From Zygophlyctis sp. KS116 (lineage: Eukaryota; Fungi; Chytridiomycota), in the NCBI GenBank assembly GCA_054661495.1, contig BAAFSQ010000092.1, positions 1 to 32,000 of the forward strand: a stretch of DNA of 32,000 nucleotides, in the 5' to 3' direction. The translations under genes and the position numbers were made by a program. Positions 1 through 11,343 of this stretch are shown here, piece after piece. Every line of letters starts with the position of its first letter. Positions within the stretch are counted from its first letter, which is position 1. The notes under the pieces are model-generated. The model saw nothing but the letters and a program-made list of their open reading frames with translations. It made no database searches and had not been told where the DNA came from.

Positions 1-86
1 TCTTTTTCAAGGAATAAAATTATCTATTTTTGACGAAATCTGGAAAAAATAAATATATCTATCTTTGAAGGGGGGGGGAAATATAT

Positions 87-392
87 TTAAATATTATTTT
101 TCCAAGGCCTGGATCCATCCGTGTTATCTTCAATATACTCTGTGTCATCAGTATCAACCGCATCTCTCATTCCATGCGTATCAATTCCAGTCTCCTTCAT
201 TTCTCCCCATTTTTTTCGATCATCTTTAATCATATCATCACTTCTTCCCTTATCAATCTTGATACTAGATTTATCATCATCAAAAAAGTCGTTTTGCCAT
301 TCTGCATTGTGCGCTTGATACTCATCAATACCTCTTGATACCCCTGGAGCAGCAATGGAGGTAGCCAATACGCCAAGAAACAGATAAAACAT
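87..392 (-). CDS. Small, probably secreted acidic protein of unknown function
   Basis: First true ATG at 392 gives MFYLFLGVLATSIAAPG (signal-peptide-like), followed by an Asp-rich hydrophilic tail. No recognisable domain. Confidence 0.55.
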   Translation of the reverse strand: MFYLFLGVLATSIAAPGVSRGIDEYQAHNAEWQNDFFDDDKSSIKIDKGRSDDMIKDDRKKWGEMKETGIDTHGMRDAVDTDDTEYIEDNTDGSRPWKNNI

Positions 393-497
393 TGTAGGAC
401 AGATCAATTTAGGGCATTCAAAATTGATACTCAGCAATGATCAGCAACAGCAAGATCACTAAAAGCACTACAAAAAGTAAATTCCATACACAGTTTA

Positions 498-2586
498 TTA
501 CTCGCAAAAAGAATCCTTCAAGAATGATTCAAAATCATAACCATCTTCCTTTTGAGACATTTTAGCAGCCAAAAATTCAACCGTCGCAGGTGCAATCCCG
601 ACAGTTAATAAATCATGCTTGGTAATAAACTTCTTTTCGATTGCTAAAGTGCTAAATGCAGATTGCAACTGATCAACTGTAACGCGATCTTCCTGCTCAG
701 ACTTCATATAACCAATGTACTAATAATAAGAGATGTAATAAAAACCTTTTCAAAGGAAATGCCTTCTCTTCCGTCTGAAAGAGACAAGAACAGTTTTTCA
801 AATTCGTCATCCTAATTTATCAATTGATTAAAATATTACAGCAAATTCTTCACCTTCAGCCTTTAGAGCCAATTTGAATCCATCACGGTCCAACAAATTA
901 GTATTAGCCTTATCACAAGATTTAAAGGTTTCAGAGTATTCTTCGAGCTGTTCCGCAGTAACATTTGTCATACTTCTGGCGACAATTTGATTTTCTATAA
1001 ATACCAATTTCTTTTTCAAAGACTGACCAAGAAGATTAGTATCGAAATCAAGATCCTCGACAGAATAAATGGTATATCTAGCAATTTAGAAACCAAATTA
1101 AATTACTCATTGTCTTCAATATTTGCAATTTCACACTGTGAATTTAGTTCAACAATCAATGGTAATTGTTTCTTTAAATTTTCTAGCTGGGCTGCAAAAC
1201 CATGAAATGTCGTTAGTTGAGTTTCCAGCGTGCCTTCAACAACTGTGACATCATTTGCAATATTTGCTAAATCTTGAGCATACTTATTAGCAGCATCTGC
1301 ATAACTCTTGCGAAGAGAATCTTTAATACCTCGAATAGAGGCAGTAATAGCACGTTTTCTATTTGCCTCTGTAGCTAAAAGATTATTCCAGGTATTAGAA
1401 AGGTCCTCAAGTGTAAGTCCTGCAGGAGGAGTATAATGATTCAGCTTGTAAGTTTGTAACTTTGTTTGAATATTACCCAAAAGCTAAAATATTTAAAAAT
1501 TAAAAATTACAGTATCTAGTTCACGTCTTTCAGAAATCCAATTTCTTTTTGTTGTCCCTTTATAATTTTCAAACTCTTTTAATTGTCTAATTGTATCAGA
1601 ATAACCATTAAAAGTAGACTTTTTCCAAACTTGTGCCATATTTTCAACTTGATTCTTCAAATTTGTAACTCTCAACTCATAGTCATGTTCCATTTCCCAA
1701 GCTTGTTGCATTACTTGAGCAAATCCATCAACACGACGTGCAGCAGTTCCAAACTTATCTTGTACTGAAAAAGCATGAAAGTATTGAGCTACATAAGTCA
1801 TTACTGAACGTTCATCAGGCTAAATTTAGCTTTTAAATTTTAAAAAAATACCTTTACAACATCCACAATATCCTCAACTCCAAACAATTTAGGAATTCCT
1901 AAATGTTTTTCCGCAATATCAAAGGCTAATTGAGTATTTTCATTCCTTTTAGACTTATCCAAGGCCCAATAATCTAATAAATCTGGTCTATGCCTATGAA
2001 TCAATCCACAAAGAGCTAATCCTGATTGCCAAGAAAATGTAAATTCCCTTATAGTAAAATCAGAAGCATAAGGAGTCGTTCTCTTTTGACACCAAAGTAA
2101 TAAACCTTCTTTAGCACTTAGACCTTCTTCAGAAATTTCTGAAATAGAAAAACGAAGAATTATTGTCCAAATCAATCCCAAAATTAACTTTAAATTTGAG
2201 TCTACTATATCTTCTGCCCCAATATTAGTCAGCTGAACCTTCTTCTTCCTAATAAAATCCAATGCCAGAGTCAAGTTTTCCATTTGTTGAATTCTTAATT
2301 TTGGATTTTTATTGTATTTCCCCAAACTTTCATCTGAAATTACTTCTAGTAACTGAATAAGCGACACTCCTGAAGAGACATCAGTTTCCAAATTACCGAT
2401 AGTTGGAAGAGATTTCTTACTCAATTGATTATTGATCCAATTCAAAAAAGTCTTTTTCTGGATATTTTCCCAAGATTTATCCATGACAACTGCAGTGTCG
2501 AGTACTTGTTCTACTGACGCTTTTGAGGCGATAAAAGAGCTACGTTGTTCAGACATAAATTTACCAGCATCCATCGATTCTCTCAT
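498..2586 (-). CDS. ACTN: Alpha-actinin (2 CH domains, short spectrin-repeat rod, C-terminal EF-hands), 5 introns
   Basis: CH motifs WENIQKKTFLNWIN, IGAEDIVDSNLKLILGLIWTIILRF, SAKEGLLLWCQ and KPDERSVMTYV. GT-AG introns at 1820-1851, 1484-1510, 1078-1106, 812-839 and 720-745 join the ORFs in frame. Start ATG inferred. Confidence 0.95.
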
Positions 2587-2768
2587 CAACTTTTTTGACC
2601 GTGCAACGGCCCGACTCAACTATTTTGACTGGCCGCTAATGCATTAAATGATTTAGAATATTGAAACTTACGGCGCTCAAAGAGTCTTGGGCTTTCTAAT
2701 GATCTGATCCTATTTGGTTAATCCTCCAATGCTCCAAATTATTGCAATTTACAAATCTTAAATTCCCG

Positions 2769-4300
2769 ATGTCATATTCTTCTGATCTAAAGACTGATGT
2801 TTGTTTACAGAGATTGTCAAGGATAAAATCAGGATTCTCTAAATCAAATTATAATAGGCTGTTGGATTTTAAGCAAGGGAATATAAGACTAGAACAAAGA
2901 ATTAAAAAATTAGAAAATAAGGATTTCAAGATTTGTAGTCATAAAGTGATTTGGATAGATGAATATCATAGACTGTTGGAGTTGGAATCACAATTGGAGT
3001 CGGAAAATGGTTTTTTAGAAGATACAAAAGATTCTTCTTCTTCTTTTAAAGAATTATTAGAAAAGGAAGAGGAATTAAGTGCTGAAATACTCAAATTACA
3101 AGGGAAAAATAGTATTCTTTCAATGGATCATTGGAATCCATGGATTGAATATAATGGTGAAAAACTAAAATTCTTGGATTTAACATGTTCTGATAAGGAT
3201 CTTACTATTTCAAGACAATTAGATTATCAGGAAATGTATGATAGGTGTCAGACTCAGGTTTATGAATTGAATTTAAATTATTCAGAGGTTTTAAAAAAGG
3301 AAAATGGGGGTTTCCAAGTAGAAGAACTTTTTAAATTTAGAAAATTAAGGCAAGAGTATTCAAAAGTTTCTAAAAAGGAATTTTATGAACGGGCAATATT
3401 GGAAATTAAAGGGAAATCTAAAAAGGAACTTTTAGAATTGGAATTTTGGATTCAGAAATTAGACTGTTATAAGTCTAAAGTTTCTAGTCTATTTTGGAAA
3501 TATAAGGGACTGATAAATGGGTTTATTCAAAGGACTAGAGAGATTTATCGTGAAAATCAAGACTTTTTTCTACTAGACTCTTTAAAAGAAGAAGAGGAAT
3601 GTATTAGAAAAGAGAAATCAAGACTTTTACATGAAAGAATTGAACTTTGGAAAAGAGAAAAACTTTATGAAATTAGGAAGATAGAAAATAATCTTTCAAA
3701 AGAATTACAAGAAAAACTAGAAAAAGAACAGCAAGACTTTACAAAAAAGCTCAAATTAAGAGAAAAAGTACAGAATGATTTAGAAAAATATCATGAAAAA
3801 TTGCTTTTGGATGTCTTCAAACAAGAAAGTATCATTAAAAATAGAGAAAATCAACGTTTACTAGAAAAGGAACTTGAAAATCAACACAATAAATCAAGAA
3901 TAGAATATCGCCATAGTCTATTAAAGGATCGAGAACGTGAAAAATCCGCCAGAAATGCATTGGAGCAGGATAAGAAAAGATGGAGAGATAAACAGCTGGA
4001 ATTATCAAAATACAAAGTGGAAGTAGAAGAGTATATTTTTGAATAATAATCAGTAGAGATCCAAGTAGAATTTACAGGGATACGATTGCATTTTCTTGTA
4101 GCAAAAACTCTGTATCTGTAGAAAAACAATTGTTTCCAGTTAATGGATTCACATTAGAAAAATTAATGCGAGATAAAAGAGTTGTATTATCAATGGCATT
4201 ACATGCACAGGGACTTGATCACTCTAGCTATGGCAGGGAGATTTTAGCATCACTCTGCGAAGGACACAGTAGAGATTTCAAGTCAAACATTGTTTTTTAA
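2769..4300 (+). CDS. CCDC148: CCDC148-like coiled-coil protein, 1 intron
   Basis: Long E/K/L coiled coil. Intron 4031-4053 (or 4056) leads into the exon DPSRIYRDT...LFPVNGFTLEKLMRDKRV...ALHAQGL...YGREIL, which resembles the conserved CCDC148 C-terminus. Confidence 0.75.
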
Positions 4301-4387
4301 GTAGCATTATAATACAATTTAATTTTATTGCGCTTTTTTCTCAACAATAAATAGCTGATCAGATCTCACCATGGTTTTGTTTGTCAG

Positions 4388-4399
4388 TTCCGCGCCAAA
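4388..4399. promoter_or_regulatory. E2F-like site TTCCGCGCCAAA (TTTGGCGC on the minus strand)
   Basis: Matches TTTSSCGC and lies 42 nt upstream of the ATG at 4442, in AT-rich intergenic DNA. Confidence 0.35.
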
Positions 4400-4441
4400 T
4401 GTTCATATTTCTTTCGTTATCCGGACATTTCCGAGAGTGCA

Positions 4442-5038
4442 ATGTTTCTCTCCTCTAGCATTAATAATCACGAATCCGGAGGTGACGTAGCCTCTCTGCT
4501 CATTGAGACAATGCCAGTAGAACTCCCTCAGCCCTACCCAATTAGGCTCCATTTGTATACGGTAGGCATTAAAGATGTGCTTGTAAAGATGGATGATAAA
4601 CAAACCCCCGTTTTCTTTTTTGATTTTCCATTCTCATGTATTACCTCACGAATCTATATGCATGCAGGATCAAATAATAATGGGCCCATGATTGCTGAAA
4701 TTAAATACAAATTCGGAACTTTCACCATCAAGTTAATTGGAGATAATGGATCAGAAATTGAATGTAAGCGAAGGCTTTTTGCTCGAAAATACGAGTTTTC
4801 TGTTAATAATGTAATATATGCTTGGAAAGGTAGTAATTTCAAGGCTGGACGAGATATGACTTTATATAGGTATCCAGAAAAGGAAGAGATTGCCTCCTTT
4901 AAAGCTCCATTTATGTCCTTTACGAAGATGGGGAAAGTTATTATTCAGCCAGAAGGTCAAATGATACTGAATCTATTAATGGCCTCTCTTTACAGTATCA
5001 TCATCATAGAAAGAATGAATTCTAATAACGTGAAATAA
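4442..5038 (+). CDS. Tubby-C/LURP-one-like (DUF6593-like) beta-barrel protein
   Basis: Intronless 198-aa ORF with GPMIAEIK, RKYEFSVNNVIYAWK, EIASF and a terminal hydrophobic helix ending IIIER, the pattern of this fold family. Confidence 0.6.
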   Translation: MFLSSSINNHESGGDVASLLIETMPVELPQPYPIRLHLYTVGIKDVLVKMDDKQTPVFFFDFPFSCITSRIYMHAGSNNNGPMIAEIKYKFGTFTIKLIGDNGSEIECKRRLFARKYEFSVNNVIYAWKGSNFKAGRDMTLYRYPEKEEIASFKAPFMSFTKMGKVIIQPEGQMILNLLMASLYSIIIIERMNSNNVK

Positions 5039-5160
5039 TTAGTAACTTTTTAATCTGACATCAGTTAATTTTAAGAATTCTGTGTCCGAAAGTGCATTCC
5101 CCTTGACTTATAACAGCCCGTCTGGCCAAGGTCAGAGAGTCCGAAATTGTAAAGCGATCA

Positions 5161-6492
5161 ATGGATTTTGATGTTTTGGTTCTTGGTACCGGCCTTTTAG
5201 AATCAATACTGTCGGCCGAAATCTCTAAAAAAGGTTTAACAGTTGGACATTTAGATAACTTGCCATTCTATGGACGATCGCACTCGCTGTTGGATGATCG
5301 GCTAGTAACCAATCTCAAACAAGATGGGAAAAAACCAGCCAAGTGTAATTTAGAGACTGCTCCAAAGCTAGTATATGCAAATGGATCTTTAGTGAACCTT
5401 TTGATTGATTCCAAAGTTGGATCTTATCTAGAATTTAAAGAATGCAATGGAATATATGTTTTTCTAAATAACAGCTGGAAGACTCTTCCTGAAAGCAAGG
5501 AAGATGTTTTTGCGAATCAAACTCTAACTCTGATTGAAAAACGGAAATTGATGAAATTTATAACAACCACTAAAGACTTTACAGGAGAAAATGAGAATAA
5601 TTTCAATACTTTTGCAGAATATTTAGAGTCTTTTGATTTAGGAGATAATCTTGTTCAAATGATTTTATATGGCATTTTTTTATTTTCAGGCACAAGAGAT
5701 GATTTTTACTGTAATTTCCTTTAAATTAAAATAATTAGCACAAGAATATCAGTCTGGTATTAATAAAGCCAAACTTTACTTGAACTCTATTGGTAGATTT
5801 TGTAAAAGTGGATTTTTGGTAGGAATGCATGGAGTTGGTAGTGAATTATGTCAAGGTTTTTGTAGATCATCTGCAGTTCATGGTGGTACTTTTATTTTAG
5901 ACTTGAAAATCAACAAAATTCTGAAAGACAAGTCTACAAATCAATTTCAAGTTCAAACTGCAGATAATCAAGTATTTACTTGTAAGAATTTGATCGCATC
6001 ATCTGATTTTTCCTGTTATTATGAAAACTGTAGCTCTACTTTTTCAAGGTATTAATCTTAAATTTCTTAAATTAGAACTTCAATTTGCAGATCTATTCAT
6101 ATTTTTTCATATCCTTTATTTCCCAACTCTAAAACTTCTCTCTTCATTCTACCTCCAAACACCACAAGTTCTAAATCTATTATTGGAATCCAAATGAGTT
6201 CAGAGACAGCATCTGTTCCAGAAGATAATTGTAATTTTTCTTTAATTTATTAGTAGGGGTAATTTATCTTTTTGGAGAAATCACGTCTCAAGAAATGGAA
6301 AAAACTATAGATTTCCTGTTTCCACTTAAAAATCATTTATATTCTTCAATTTACAATCAAATAGTATCAAAGGTTGAAAAATCAAATGATCCCAACATTG
6401 AATGGTGTCAATCTTGCGATGAAAAAATTGATGATGAAGTAATTATATCTATTGCGAATGCATACTTGTCAAAATTCAATAATAAAGAGTAA
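5161..6492 (+). CDS. MRS6: Rab escort protein (Rab GGTase component A; GDI/CHM family), 3 introns
   Basis: FDVLVLGTGLLESILSA..HLD..FYG, PESKEDVF..LTLIEKRKLMKF and SELCQGFCRSSAVHGGTFIL. Introns at 5711-5738, 6049-6075 and 6231-6256. Confidence 0.85.
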
Positions 6493-6575
6493 AGTCTAGA
6501 TAAGAAAATACCTAACCTGTGGTGATGTGCATTGATCGACTCCCACCGTTCCAGTGTCTGTGGCGTTTGTTTCAG

Positions 6576-6625
6576 ATTCTAGAAGTTTCGGGTAGCACCC
6601 TGAGACGCCTAGAAGATTCGAGAAT
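6576..6625. promoter_or_regulatory. Two heat-shock elements upstream of HSP90
   Basis: aTTCt-aGAAg-tTTCg (6576-6590) and aGAAg-aTTCg-aGAAt (6611-6625) are perfect 3-unit inverted nGAAn arrays. Confidence 0.9.
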
Positions 6626-6640
6626 GTTTCAGGACAAACG

Positions 6641-6647
6641 TATAAAA
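6641..6647 (+). promoter_or_regulatory. TATA box of HSP90
   Basis: TATAAAA between the HSEs and the ATG at 6681. Confidence 0.7.
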
Positions 6648-6680
6648 CCGACGAGTCAAATTCTTTAAAAAAAAAGAAAA

Positions 6681-8819
6681 ATGTCTGAAGCGCCAGAAAC
6701 GTTTGCTTTCCAAGCTGAAATCTCTCAGGTATGATTTACAATCACTTAAATACAGTTGATGTCCCTCATCATCAATACTTTCTACTCAAACAAGGAAGTG
6801 TTTTTAAGGGAATTGATCTCTAATGCATCTGATGCTCTTGACAAGATCCGCTACGAATCTCTTACTGATCCATCAAAATTGGACTCTGAGAAATCCCTCT
6901 TTATCAAGATTACTCCTGATAGAGAAGCAAAGATTCTTGAAATCAGAGATACTGGTATCGGTATGACAAAGGCTGATTTGGTTAATAATCTTGGTACAAT
7001 TGCAAAGTCTGGAACAAAGGCTTTTATGGAAGCTCTTTCATCTGGTGCTGATATCTCTATGATTGGTCAATTTGGTGTTGGTTTTTATGCTGCTTACTTG
7101 GTTGCTGATAAGGTCCAGGTTATTACAAAGCACAATGATGATGAACAATATATTTGGGAATCTGCTGCTGGTGGTTCTTTTACTATTACAAGAGATACTT
7201 CCAATGAATCTATTGGAAGAGGAACAATAATTCGTCTTTTTATGAAGGAAGATCAGACTGAATATCTTGAAGAGAAGAAGATTAAGGATATTGTCAAGAA
7301 ACACTCTGAATTCATTGGTTATCCAATTCAGTTACTTGTTGAAAAAGAAGTTGAAAAGGAAGTTGAAGATGATTCTATTGAAGAAGTTCAAGAAGAAACC
7401 AAGGAAGAAGGTGATGCACCAAAGATTGAAGAAGTTACTGAAGAAGAAGGTGAAAAGAAGAAGACCAAGAAAATTAAGGAAATTACAAAGGAAACTGAAG
7501 AGTTGAACAAGACTAAGCCTCTTTGGACCAGAAATCCTGAAGATATTACTGCAGAAGAATACTCTTCCTTTTATAAGGCTCTTTCTAATGATTGGGAAGA
7601 TCATCTTGCTGTCAAGCATTTCTCTGTAGAAGGTCAATTGGAATTCCGTGCTATCTTGTTTATTCCTAAGCGAGCTCCATTTGATATGTTTGAATCCAAG
7701 AAGAAGAAGAATAACATTAAACTCTATGTTAGAAGAGTCTTTATCATGGACGATTGTGAAGAATTGATTCCTGAATGGCTTGGATTTGTCAAGGGTATTG
7801 TTGATTCTGAAGATTTGCCTTTGAATATTTCTCGTGAAATGCTTCAACAAAATAAGATTCTAAAGGTTATTAGAAAAAACATTGTCAAGAAGTGTGTGGA
7901 ACTTTTCACTGAAATCGCTGAAGATAAGGATAATTTCGCCAAATTCTATGAAGCTTTCTCAAAGAACCTCAAGTTGGGAGTACATGAAGACTCTGCTAAC
8001 CGTTCCAAATTGGCTGAATTCTTGAGATTCCACTCTACTAAATCTGGTGAAGAAATTACTTCTCTCAAGGACTATGTTACTCGTATGCCTGAAAAACAAA
8101 AGAATATCTACTATATCACTGGTGAATCCCGTGCCTCTGTAGAGAACTCTCCATTCTTGGAAGCTCTAAAGAAGAAAGGCTTTGAAGCTCTTTATATGGT
8201 TGATCCTATTGATGAATATTGTGTTCAACAGCTCAAAGAATATGATGGCAAGAAACTCATGTCATGTACCAAGGAAGGACTTGAATTAGAAGAAGATGAA
8301 GAGGAGAAGAAGGCTCTTGAAGAACAAAAAGCTTCCTTTGAAGAACTTTTGAAACAAGTCAAGGAAATTTTGGGAGACAAGGTTGAAAAAGTTGTTCTCT
8401 CTAACCGTATCATCAACTCTCCTTGTGTTTTAGTCACTGGTCAATTTGGATGGACTGCAAATATGGAAAGAATCATGAAGGCACAAGCTCTCCGTGACTC
8501 TTCAATGTCTTCTTACATGGCCTCCAAAAAGACTTTGGAAATCAATCCTGCCCACTCCATTGTAAAATCCTTGAAGGATAAGGTCACTGCTGATAAGAAT
8601 GACAAGACTGTCAAGGACTTGACATTATTGTTATTTGAAACTGCTTTATTGTCTTCTGGTTTCTCATTGGACGATCCTTCATCCTTTGCCTCTCGAATTC
8701 ACAGAATGATTAAATTGGGTCTATCTATTGATGAGGAAGAACCTATGCCCGTTGAAATGGAAGATCTCCCTCCTCTTGAAGAAGTCACTGCTGAATCAAA
8801 AATGGAAGAAGTAGATTAA
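6681..8819 (+). CDS. HSP90: Cytosolic heat shock protein 90, 1 intron
   Basis: Exon 1 is [16 protein letters not shown], then intron 6729-6755, then [32 protein letters not shown] and terminal MEEVD. Confidence 0.99.
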
Positions 8820-8912
8820 GAAGTTTGTGGTGCAGTAATAGCTCTTAGATTTTTTGAATTTTTTTTAATTGTTTGAGAATTGTTTCAAAATTTGTCCAAA
8901 TTTACCCCTCAA

Positions 8913-9671
8913 ATGTTCAACTCAATCAAGGAATTCATCTTTCCTACAATTGAGTCTGAACAATCGACCGATGACCCAGAGATATCTTCATTAACCGGAT
9001 TCTTTAAAGATTTGCTGGGAATAGAAGAAGAAGTTGTTGAAAATGAGACAGCTCATAGGGATGAATCGTCATCAATCTCTAATCATGAATCTCAGTCTGT
9101 AAACCAAGCCATCTTCTCTAATGATTTTCTTCCATCTTTAACTCTAAAATCATCTAATATTCTATCATCTACTATGGCATCTGATCTTCGATCTCATCTT
9201 CCTCCTTTACTAAAGGAAGCACCTGTCTGGGACTTGCTCTATTCTACTCAAGTCCATGGTATTTCTATAACTACACTGTATAATAATGTAAAGGATGCCG
9301 GTCCATTTCTGCTTGTCATTAAAGATGAAGAAGATGAAATATTTGGTGGATTTGTGAATGAAAGCCTGCATATATCAACTGGATTTTATGGAGATGATAC
9401 AGCATTCCTCTTCAAGATTAACAAGAATCAAACTCAAAATGAGCCACTAGTTCAAGTTTGGAAAGCAACGGGTGAAAATAATTATATAATGTATGCCGAT
9501 ATTAATTGCATTGCTTTTGGTGGTGGATCTGGTAGATTTGGACTATGGATAGATCAAGAATTATGGAATGGACATTCAGAGCCATGTAAAGCATTTGGAA
9601 ATTCTTCTCTATCAAAAGAATCAGAATTTAGAATTGAGAATTTAGAGGTTTTCAAGTTTAAAATGCAATAG
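8913..9671 (+). CDS. OXR1: TLDc-domain (Oxr1-like) protein
   Basis: WDLLYST.VHGISITTLY, IFGGF, FYGDDTAFLF, IAFGGGSGRFGLWID and F.IENLEVF. Confidence 0.88.
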   Translation: MFNSIKEFIFPTIESEQSTDDPEISSLTGFFKDLLGIEEEVVENETAHRDESSSISNHESQSVNQAIFSNDFLPSLTLKSSNILSSTMASDLRSHLPPLLKEAPVWDLLYSTQVHGISITTLYNNVKDAGPFLLVIKDEEDEIFGGFVNESLHISTGFYGDDTAFLFKINKNQTQNEPLVQVWKATGENNYIMYADINCIAFGGGSGRFGLWIDQELWNGHSEPCKAFGNSSLSKESEFRIENLEVFKFKMQ

Positions 9672-9904
9672 ATCATGTTTCTATTGGCTATTATTAGTGG
9701 TGGGAGGTTGATTTCTTGTCTTTTTAAAAAACTCTAATATTTTCTTGGAGAAATCATAAAGGAAAATGTCGAAAATAAGATAATCAATTTAAAATTTATT
9801 AATATCTTTGTGAATTCTAAAACTAGGTGGAGAAACATTCTTGGACTGTTGAACCCTAGGCCACATTGCACTTATCATTTCACATTATACTAATATATCC
9901 TAGT

Positions 9905-11329
9905 ATGGATGAGATATTGACGATTTATCAGGGATTAAGCTATCGTGAGAGATTGCAAGTTTTGCAAGAGATCCTAAAAAATTCAAACTCTACAGAATTG
10001 TCAATAATCAATCAAAAATCATTTTTGCTGTTGAGAATAGATTTCTTGTCGGAATTGCCGTTTGAACTTTCATTGCGAATTCTGTCTTTTTGCGATGCAA
10101 AGTCTCTTTGTCAGGCTTCGAAAGTCTCTAGAGTATGGATGAAAATGGCTAATGATGATTGGGTTTGGCATAGAATGTGTAATCAACATATTAATCATAA
10201 ATGCAAGGGATGCGGTATGTCGGTTTTATTAATTTTAAGGATGGGGATTGCCATTAATGCAACCATTTAAAAAATCTTTATTGAGGCCTTGGAAACAATT
10301 GTATGCTGAACGATGTGTGGTTGAGAAAAATTGGAGACGTGGAAAATATAATGTATTAGAGTTTAGAGGACATTCAGGTCCAATAACTTGTTTGCAATAT
10401 GATGAACAAAGGAATTTACTTGTTTCAGGATCTGCTGATATGACCGTTAGAGTATGGGATACTAATAATCAGTCTTGTATTTCTATTCTTAAAGGACATC
10501 GTTTGGCAATTCGTGCTTTACAATTTGATCAGTAATTATATCTTATTTTAAAGTGAATAGCTCTAAAATTGTGACTGGATCTATTGATGGGACAATAAGA
10601 ATTTGGAATTTTCAGGATTTTTCATGTATAAAGATTCTTGAAGCGCATCCTGATGGTGTAGTTTGTTTATCTTTTAATAATAAAATACTTGCAAGTGGAT
10701 CAGTTGATGGAACTATTAAAGTTTGGGATCTAACAGCTGGAATCATATTTAATCTTCCTGGACATTCAATATGGACAAATTGTATACAAATTATAAATCA
10801 AAATACGTTAATATCATGCTCTGATGATGCAACAATTAAAATATGGGATTTATCTACAAGATCATTGATTAAAGAACTTAGAGGACATACTGCGTAAATC
10901 TTTTTTTATTAAATTTAAAAAGACCTGTACAGAAATTTAGACTATTGAAATGCTCTAGTTTACAAGAAGAAACTAAAAGTATTTGTGGGAATCTTGTTTC
11001 TGCTTCATTAGATTCAACTGGTATGCTCTGTTTTAATAAAACTAGTTAAAATGTGGGATATTAGTAGCGAAACTTGCATTAATACTCTATATGGTCATAG
11101 TGATGGTGTATGGGATATATCTTGTGATTCCCTAAGAATTGTGTCTGGATCCCATGATAAAAAGATTAATATGTAAATTTAATTATTAAAGATTAGATGG
11201 GATTCAGAGACTGGATTACTAATGCATTCTTTCTCATTCCCAGATTCGGTCAATTGTGTGTCATTGTCCGATACCGGTCTTTTTACTGGAGATGGCGTAG
11301 GCCTTGTCAGATTTTTGAATTTTTTATAA
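9905..11329 (+). CDS. MET30: F-box/WD40 protein, Met30/SconB/Pof1 type, 5 introns
   Basis: F-box IDFLSELPFELSLRILSF. The spliced sequence MCNQHINHKCKGCGWGLPL is the Met30-family signature, followed by WD40 repeats. Introns at 10215-10239, 10532-10560, 10894-10922, 11021-11045 and 11173-11196. Confidence 0.88.
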
Positions 11330-11343
11330 ATTGATTAGATCAA

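Noticed and set aside
70-78. G9 homopolymer near the window start
   Set aside because: A single run that cannot form an intramolecular G-quadruplex and has no telomeric or element context.
7038-8437. Overlapping and antisense ORFs in HSP90 (7038-7304, 7267-7506, 7332-7850, 8225-8437) and similar short ORFs elsewhere
   Set aside because: Shadow frames caused by codon bias and E/K-rich sequence; no domains.
9648-9671. 24-nt GT-AG segment that would extend the TLDc gene
   Set aside because: It would remove part of the canonical TLDc ending LEVF; the unspliced stop is preferred.
11297-11338. Possible splice fusion of MET30 to the helicase
   Set aside because: Both candidate donors lead to ATC AAA TGA, out of frame with the helicase.
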